The notes beneath the pieces were generated by a model. The model searched no databases. It worked only from the letters and a program-made list of their open reading frames with translations, and had not been told where the DNA came from. Of a stretch of DNA of 21,080 nt, positions 16,039 to 21,080 are shown in pieces; position 1 is the first letter of the stretch, and each line of letters opens with the position of its first letter. This stretch comes from Bacilli bacterium. GTDB taxonomy: Bacteria; Bacillota_I; Bacilli_A; Haloplasmatales; Haloplasmataceae. Position numbers and translations under genes: made by a program. The stretch covers positions 1 through 21,080 of the forward strand of contig JAAYWZ010000081.1 of the NCBI GenBank assembly GCA_012516175.1, read 5' to 3'.

Positions 16039-17217
16039 TTAACGGTCATCAACTTGCAGAATATAGAGTTTAAGATAATGTGATTCATCATACCCAAATA
16101 AAATGGGATGATCTTTGTCTTGGGTACGGTATTCTACAACACGAATTGTTTTTTTTGCATCGAGGGCAGCTTCCTCTAGCATTTGTCTAAATAAGTCAGG
16201 TGTCATATAGTAGGAACAAGAAGCAGTGACTAAGAAACCGCCAGGTTTAACAATTTTCATTGCTCTAAGATTTATTTCTTTATAACCACGATAGGCATTT
16301 TCTAACTTTTTCGCTGATTTAGTGAAGGCGGGAGGATCAAGTATTACTACATCATATTGCTTCTTTTCATCAGCATAGGATTTTAGTAAATCAAACGCAT
16401 TTGCGCAAATGAAGTTGATTTTATTACTAACCTTATTTAATTCAGCATTTCTCTTTGCTAGTTCAATTGCTTCTTCAGAAATATCTGCGGCATCTACTTG
16501 CTTTGCGCCATGACAAGCAGCATGTAACGCAAATCCTCCTGTGTGGGTGAAACAGTCTAGCACAGTTTTATCTTTCACAAAAGGTGTTATCGCATGGTGA
16601 TTCGCTTTTTGGTCCAAAAAACTACCCGTTTTTTGCCCACCTGCGATATCAACATAGAATTTAACTCCATATTCATCAATGATAGTTAGCGGATCAAATT
16701 CATTATAGAGGAAACCCGTTTGTTCCGGTAGACCTTCTAATAACCTAACTGAGTTATCATTGCGTTCATATATCCCTTTTGGTTGCACGATTTCAATTAA
16801 TAACTTAACAATTAGATTTTTATACTGATCAATTCCTAAAGTTAAAGTTTGAATTGATAAATAGTCGTTAAACTTGTCAATGATAAGTCCTGGTATTTCA
16901 TCAGCTTCACCGAAGATTAAGCGATAACTTTCACCAGGCATTACTAAACGTCGATAATCATAAGCTTTCTGAATACGCTTCTTAAAGAATGTTTCATTAA
17001 TATCTTCATTAATATCTCGAGTCATTATTCTTACAATGATTTGGGATTGGGGATTAATATATCCCTTTCCAATGAATTTATTTTTATGATTATATACATT
17101 CACAATGTCCCCTGGTTTATAATCACCTTCGATATGATCAACTTCATTTTTATACACCCAAGGATGATTATTTTCAATTCGCTTTTTGATACCACTTTTT
17201 AAGATTACTTTTGTCAT
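16039..17217 (-). CDS. rlmI: RlmI-type class I SAM-dependent 23S rRNA (m5C) methyltransferase (PUA + MTase)
   Basis: 392 aa. N-terminus MTKVILKSGIKKRIENNHPWVYKNEV (RlmI/YwbD PUA-like). The SAM-binding region is VLDCFTHTGGFALHAA and the downstream motif is DVVILDPPAF. Confidence 0.85.
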   Translation of the reverse strand: MTKVILKSGIKKRIENNHPWVYKNEVDHIEGDYKPGDIVNVYNHKNKFIGKGYINPQSQIIVRIMTRDINEDINETFFKKRIQKAYDYRRLVMPGESYRLIFGEADEIPGLIIDKFNDYLSIQTLTLGIDQYKNLIVKLLIEIVQPKGIYERNDNSVRLLEGLPEQTGFLYNEFDPLTIIDEYGVKFYVDIAGGQKTGSFLDQKANHHAITPFVKDKTVLDCFTHTGGFALHAACHGAKQVDAADISEEAIELAKRNAELNKVSNKINFICANAFDLLKSYADEKKQYDVVILDPPAFTKSAKKLENAYRGYKEINLRAMKIVKPGGFLVTASCSYYMTPDLFRQMLEEAALDAKKTIRVVEYRTQDKDHPILFGYDESHYLKLYILQVDDR

Positions 17218-17334
17218 GGTATATACCTCACATAGTTAGATTAATCAAACATATTATATATCCAGAATGGTAATTTTATCAATGCATGGTCTTTCCGTCT
17301 TTGGTAAATAATATATTTAACAAGGAGGGATGCC

Positions 17335-17511
17335 ATGGCGAGTTTAAAAGACAAGAAAGACAATGACCGCTTAGTTATTGATAATGAAAAGTATCATGTT
17401 GAACTTGGTCAAGATATCAGTATCCCTGTGATTTCGGAGAATTTTGTTGATTTACAGAAAACCAATAATCCAAAACAGAAAAAACCATTAAGTCAGGATC
17501 AGAAAAAATAA
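17335..17511 (+). CDS. Small hypothetical protein (58 aa), not in the ORF track
   Basis: ATG preceded by a consensus RBS, AAGGAGGG, at 5-nt spacing. Sequence MASLKDKKDNDRLVIDNEKYHVELGQDISIPVISENFVDLQKTNNPKQKKPLSQDQKK. A terminator hairpin follows. Confidence 0.55.
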   Translation: MASLKDKKDNDRLVIDNEKYHVELGQDISIPVISENFVDLQKTNNPKQKKPLSQDQKK

Positions 17512-17545
17512 GAAATATAGGAGTCTATATTTCTTATTTCCTTTC
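17500..17545. terminator. Bidirectional terminator between the small ORF (+) and zur (-)
   Basis: agaaatatag (17511–17520) – gagt – ctatatttct (17525–17534). T-rich on both sides (AAAAAATA upstream, TATTTCCTTTC downstream). It overlaps the zur stop codon. Confidence 0.65.
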
Positions 17546-17950
17546 TCTCTGACATTTTGGACAGATTCCAAACAATTCTAATTTATGTTTTAGAATAGTA
17601 AACGAAGTTAATTGTTCGACTTGTTTTTCAAATTCATCAAAAGGGCAAAAATCAATCTTAATCATGGTGTGACACTTATCACAGACTAAATAATGATGGT
17701 GTTCATCTCGATTTAAGATATAGGAAGCTTTATTACCATCTTTCATTAAGGGAATCTGAACGATATTTTTATTTAAGAAGACCTCTAAGGTACGGTATAC
17801 CGTCGATAAATTAATGGGGTCTTCTTCATTTTGGATTAACCAATATATTTCTTCAGCAGTTAAAGGTTTATCAGCTTTATCTAAAACATCAAGAATTAAT
17901 AAGCGACTTTTGGTCTGTTTTAGACCTTTACTCATTAAGATATCTTCCAT
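17534..17950 (-). CDS. zur: Fur-family metalloregulator, most likely Zur
   Basis: 138 aa with a winged-helix N-terminus. The C-terminal metal-site motifs are HHHYLVCDKCH...CPKC. It is the last gene of a znuACB-like operon. Confidence 0.75.
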   Translation of the reverse strand: MEDILMSKGLKQTKSRLLILDVLDKADKPLTAEEIYWLIQNEEDPINLSTVYRTLEVFLNKNIVQIPLMKDGNKASYILNRDEHHHYLVCDKCHTMIKIDFCPFDEFEKQVEQLTSFTILKHKLELFGICPKCQRERK

Positions 17951-17954
17951 AAAA

Positions 17955-18785
17955 TCACCACTTATATCTTAATACTTTTAACAGATAGACAAAGATAAAG
18001 ATGATTCCATTAATTACTACGATTGTTGCCCCTGGAGGGGTATTTAAGATAATTGCCAAGAGAATTCCTAATATGATACTTAAAATACTGACAATGAGCG
18101 AGTAGATGATGGTTTTCTTAAAGCTTCGTGCTATTTGTAAAGCAATTACGGTCGGGAAGATGATTAAACTAGAGATTAACATCGTACCAACAACACGTAT
18201 ACCTAAGACAACTGTTAAAGAAGTCAAGATGGATAATAAATAGTTTAGACGTTTAGTCTTTAGTCCTAATACTTGAGCAAAGTCTTCATCATAGGTTAAA
18301 GCAAAGAAGTCATTATAAAAATATAATACTGTAAGAACGACAATAACTGATAATATTAAAGATAAATATATATCTAGATTACTAACTAAGAGAATATCAC
18401 CAAATAAGTAATTTGATAGATTAACTGTAAAGCCACTAGTGCTACTGGCGATGATATAACCTAAAGCAACGGAAAAGGAACTTACTAAGCCGATAGCTGC
18501 ATCACCATGCACATCGGCTTTTTCGTTTAGTTTTAGGATTAGGAAGGATGCTAGAATAACTAAAGGTACAGAAACATATATAGGGGTTATACCTAAGACT
18601 AGTGCTAAGGCAATCGTCCCAAAACTAACATGAGCTAAACCATCACCGATGAAGGAATACTTCTTAAGAACTAAAAAGATACCTAAAAGTGAGGAAGAAA
18701 TCGCAACTAAGATTCCAACGAAGATGGCTTTATGAATAAAACTAGAACTTAATGCTTCTATTAATGTTTCCCACATTTCACGCAT
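17955..18785 (-). CDS. znuB: Metal (Zn/Mn) ABC transporter permease, ZnuB/MntB family
   Basis: 276 aa, polytopic, with a ZnuB-like hydrophobic profile. It overlaps the upstream ATPase gene by 8 nt. Confidence 0.8.
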   Translation of the reverse strand: MREMWETLIEALSSSFIHKAIFVGILVAISSSLLGIFLVLKKYSFIGDGLAHVSFGTIALALVLGITPIYVSVPLVILASFLILKLNEKADVHGDAAIGLVSSFSVALGYIIASSTSGFTVNLSNYLFGDILLVSNLDIYLSLILSVIVVLTVLYFYNDFFALTYDEDFAQVLGLKTKRLNYLLSILTSLTVVLGIRVVGTMLISSLIIFPTVIALQIARSFKKTIIYSLIVSILSIILGILLAIILNTPPGATIVVINGIIFIFVYLLKVLRYKW

Positions 18786-19461
18786 GATGATGCTCCTTTA
18801 TTTCTTGATAATTTTCTTTTAATCCATAATAAAGAATCGTTCTATTTAGATACAGAATCTTATTATATCCAGACTCTTTATTACCAGTATCATGGGTTAT
18901 ATGAAGGATAGTTACGCCATCTTCTTGGTTTAAACGATTTAAAAATTGATAGAATTCATGTTTAAAATGAGGGTCTAAGGCACTAGTAGGTTCATCAAGA
19001 ATAAGTATTTGGGGATTATTTACGATTGCCCGTGCCAGGAGTACTCTTTGTTGCTCGCCACCCGACAACTCCCCAATTCGTCTATAACGTAGGTGATATA
19101 TTCCTAGTTTTTTTAGTACTTCTTCAATTTGTTTATTATCGCTAGCGGTTAAGAGTTTAGGATATTTACGTTTAGCTAAGAGTCCTAAAGAGACGATTTC
19201 TTTTACACTAGCGGGAAACATTTTATCATTATTGTTGGTTTTTTGAGGTAGGTAGCCAACTGAATTAGCGTGAATATTAATTGACCCTTGATATTCATTA
19301 ATTAATCCTAAAATAGCTTTAACAAGAGTTGTTTTACCCGCCCCATTAGGACCGATGATATTTACATAATCTCGTTGATTAACTGTGAAACTCACATCTT
19401 TTACTACATAATCATGACCATAAGCGATATTAAGATTTTCAACTTGTAGAATACTATTCAT
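18778..19461 (-). CDS. znuC: Metal ABC transporter ATP-binding protein, ZnuC family
   Basis: Walker A GPNGAGKTTL. ABC signature LSGGEQQRVLLARAI. Walker B ILILDEP. Confidence 0.85.
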   Translation of the reverse strand: MNSILQVENLNIAYGHDYVVKDVSFTVNQRDYVNIIGPNGAGKTTLVKAILGLINEYQGSINIHANSVGYLPQKTNNNDKMFPASVKEIVSLGLLAKRKYPKLLTASDNKQIEEVLKKLGIYHLRYRRIGELSGGEQQRVLLARAIVNNPQILILDEPTSALDPHFKHEFYQFLNRLNQEDGVTILHITHDTGNKESGYNKILYLNRTILYYGLKENYQEIKEHHHA

Positions 19462-20374
19462 GGTAATTTAACCCCTTTTTTAAGTTTTCGATATTTTGAT
19501 ACATTAAATCTAAGTATGTTACACCTTCATCAAAATCTTTTTTAGATATATATCCAGCCCCATTTAATGGTAAGAGTTTCGCACCTGTTTCTTGAGCAAG
19601 TACTTCTGCGACTTCAGGGTTAATCATCTCTTCATAGAAGATGGTTTTGTTTCCTGTTGTTTGAATTAAGTTAATGAGGTTATGGAGATTTCGTGTGGTA
19701 GGTAAAGTATCTGGTGAAAAGCCTTTATAGGGAGAAACATGAAGAATCCCATATCGTTCAGCTAGGTAACCAAACACAAAGTGACCACCAAAAATTATCG
19801 TTTTATGTTCAACTTTAGAGAACAAATCTTGATATGCTAAATCCAGTTTTGATAATTCTTCTTTATACTTTTCAGCATTCTCCCGATAAAAGCTTGCATT
19901 TTCAGGATCAATCTGGATAATATATTCAAGGATGTTGTCGATAATTGTCATTGCTAGGATGGGATCAACCCAAATATGGGGATCCACATCATGGTCATGT
20001 TCTTCTTCCTCATCCTCATGATGTAGTTCAAGGTTGTGACTTACATTTAAGACTAACACTTCATCTTCATCTAAGACATCAATTAACTTATCAGCCCAGA
20101 CTTCCAAGAAGGGACCTGTATATATGAACATTTTACTATTGCGGATTGTCAATATATCTTTAGGTTTAAGTTGATACGTATGGGGTTCATTACCAGGGGG
20201 AAGAATCATTTTTACCTTTAGTTTATCTTGTGTTATTTGCTTAGTAAAATCATATAAAGGGAAGATTGTGGTCGTAATGGATACATCTGTTTCAGTACTA
20301 CTAGTACAACCAAATAAGAGAAATAAACTAAGAGAGAACCCAATAATTGATAATAAATGCTTTACTTTCATCAT
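19454..20374 (-). CDS. znuA: Zinc ABC transporter substrate-binding lipoprotein (ZnuA/AdcA, TroA-like), with a His/acidic-rich loop
   Basis: Signal peptide with lipobox LLFGC. His-rich insert HHEDEEEEHDHDVDPH, which is typical of Zn-specific ZnuA. RBS AAAGGTGG. Confidence 0.8.
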   Translation of the reverse strand: MMKVKHLLSIIGFSLSLFLLFGCTSSTETDVSITTTIFPLYDFTKQITQDKLKVKMILPPGNEPHTYQLKPKDILTIRNSKMFIYTGPFLEVWADKLIDVLDEDEVLVLNVSHNLELHHEDEEEEHDHDVDPHIWVDPILAMTIIDNILEYIIQIDPENASFYRENAEKYKEELSKLDLAYQDLFSKVEHKTIIFGGHFVFGYLAERYGILHVSPYKGFSPDTLPTTRNLHNLINLIQTTGNKTIFYEEMINPEVAEVLAQETGAKLLPLNGAGYISKKDFDEGVTYLDLMYQNIENLKKGLNYHE

Positions 20375-20416
20375 CAGACCACCTTTCTAACTACATTATG
20401 GTTAACAACATCTTAT

Positions 20417-20462
20417 ATTATGCCTAATTTTAGATGCAAATGCAAATCATTTGCATCTAAAA
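20417..20462 (-). promoter_or_regulatory. znuA promoter with an overlapping long palindromic operator candidate
   Basis: On the minus strand: -35 TTGCAT (+20440–20445), 17-nt spacer, -10 CATAAT (+20417–20422). The palindrome tagatgcaaatg-caaat-catttgcatcta occupies 20431–20459. With flanking A/T it extends to 15 bp per arm (20428–20462). It covers the -35 and part of the spacer. Confidence 0.55.
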
Positions 20463-20464
20463 AT

Positions 20465-20502
20465 ATCAAAAAGAAAAAGGTTGTAAAGTTAATTACAACC
20501 TT
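20465..20502 (-). terminator. Rho-independent terminator of the small zinc-ribbon gene (minus strand)
   Basis: aaggttgtaa (20477–20486) / ttacaacctt (20493–20502), loop agttaa. On the minus strand it is followed by TTTTCTTTTTG. Confidence 0.7.
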
Positions 20503-20513
20503 GTTAAGCACGA

Positions 20514-20675
20514 TTAACGACGAGTGTTCGTTCTTTGTGCTTTTCTTTGTTTGCGGCATTCTGGGCATCTAACTGGTTCGTTTTCAAAGCCTTTTTCTTT
20601 GTAGAAGGCTTGTTCGCCTTCAGTAAAGACGAAGTCTTTGCCACAATCTTTACATTTGATTGTCTTGTCAGCCAT
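20514..20675 (-). CDS. Small zinc-ribbon protein (54 aa; CxxC…CxxC with a basic tail), not in the ORF track
   Basis: Reverse-strand ATG at 20675 with RBS GAAGGAGGG 6 nt upstream. Sequence MADKTIKCKDCGKDFVFTEGEQAFYKEKGFENEPVRCPECRKQRKAQRTNTRR. It has its own terminator. Confidence 0.6.
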   Translation of the reverse strand: MADKTIKCKDCGKDFVFTEGEQAFYKEKGFENEPVRCPECRKQRKAQRTNTRR

Positions 20676-21080
20676 GGTTTCCCTCCTTCTAGTTAGGAGT
20701 AATATTTAGTACCCTTAGAAGAAGGGACTAATATTAGAGCCTAAGTGATTCTTTGAATATTGTAACACACTCTAAGTAATAAAACAATAGTTTTTACTCA
20801 GAATAGTTACTATTTATAATTATTTGGAACTATTAGGTATTTATACATAAATTATTATATTTATTAGTAACTTTTCAGGTAAATGTTAAATGTTGTATAC
20901 AAGCACATTTTAATAAATTCAACCAATAGTGATAACAAAAATACGATAATTATCTGGTTGCTTTACTTAAATCAGAAATCATCCAAATTGAACACCAATT
21001 GAATGTGCTTAATCTATGTATTGATAAGATGAAAGCTTTAGCTATGAATATTCCTCTTTATTACCAACTACAAACTATTC

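Noticed and set aside
19945-20572. ORFs 19945–20127(+) and 20357–20572(+)
   Set aside because: The first is antisense to the His-rich loop of znuA, as its His/Leu-rich translation shows. The second spans the znuA promoter and is antisense to the zinc-ribbon gene. Neither has an RBS.
20700-21080. Possible gene start at ~21029 (ATGAAAGCTTTAGCT…) running off the window, and the AT-rich 380-bp tail
   Set aside because: There is no convincing RBS and only 17 codons are visible, so a CDS cannot be supported. No tRNA-like GC-rich stems are seen in the region.
1-21080. CRISPR arrays, tRNA or rRNA genes
   Set aside because: No regularly spaced direct repeats were found, and no GC-rich cloverleaf or rRNA-like segments are visible in any intergenic region. 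Intergenic regions are uniformly AT-rich.

Overview
This is an AT-rich, low-GC Firmicutes-like chromosomal segment with dense coding on both strands. It uses the standard genetic code; no UGA-as-Trp is evident. The contents, in order:

- **Insertion sequence (1–~1273, minus strand):** a partial IS3-family element whose transposase is one uninterrupted ORF running off the window at position 1. It sits directly next to the 3' end of a MATE (multidrug and toxic compound extrusion) efflux gene.
- **Small hypothetical ORF (2722–3048, minus strand):** a 108-aa protein in the same orientation as the MATE gene.
- **Ferredoxin:** a stand-alone single-cluster 4Fe-4S ferredoxin gene.
- **c-di-GMP signalling protein:** a 905-aa membrane-anchored sensor with a degenerate SGDEF motif and an intact EAL domain.
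- **Non-coding region:** about 540 bp with no ORF.
- **Thioesterase:** a FatA-like acyl-ACP thioesterase.
- **Membrane protein:** a 358-aa acidic, membrane-anchored hypothetical protein.
- **Flotillin operon:** a translationally coupled NfeD–flotillin (YuaF/FloT-type) pair.
- **Two-gene accessory module (11002–12862):** an ABC/AAA_21-type ATPase whose gene overlaps a 238-aa protein carrying a canonical HEPN RNxxxH motif. This is the most interesting item in the window and is a candidate abortive-infection or anti-phage RNase system.
- **Housekeeping genes:** a YbgC-like thioesterase (convergent with the module), a VanZ-like protein, an RluA-family pseudouridine synthase, an MscS channel, a Cys-depleted DUF326/YhjQ-like protein, and an RlmI-type rRNA methyltransferase.
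- **Small protein:** an untracked 58-aa ORF.
- **Zinc uptake operon (minus strand):** znuA-znuC-znuB-zur, with a long palindromic operator candidate over its promoter.
- **Zinc-ribbon protein:** an untracked 54-aa gene.

Several strong Rho-independent terminators, including bidirectional ones, are visible. I found no tRNA, rRNA or CRISPR array.
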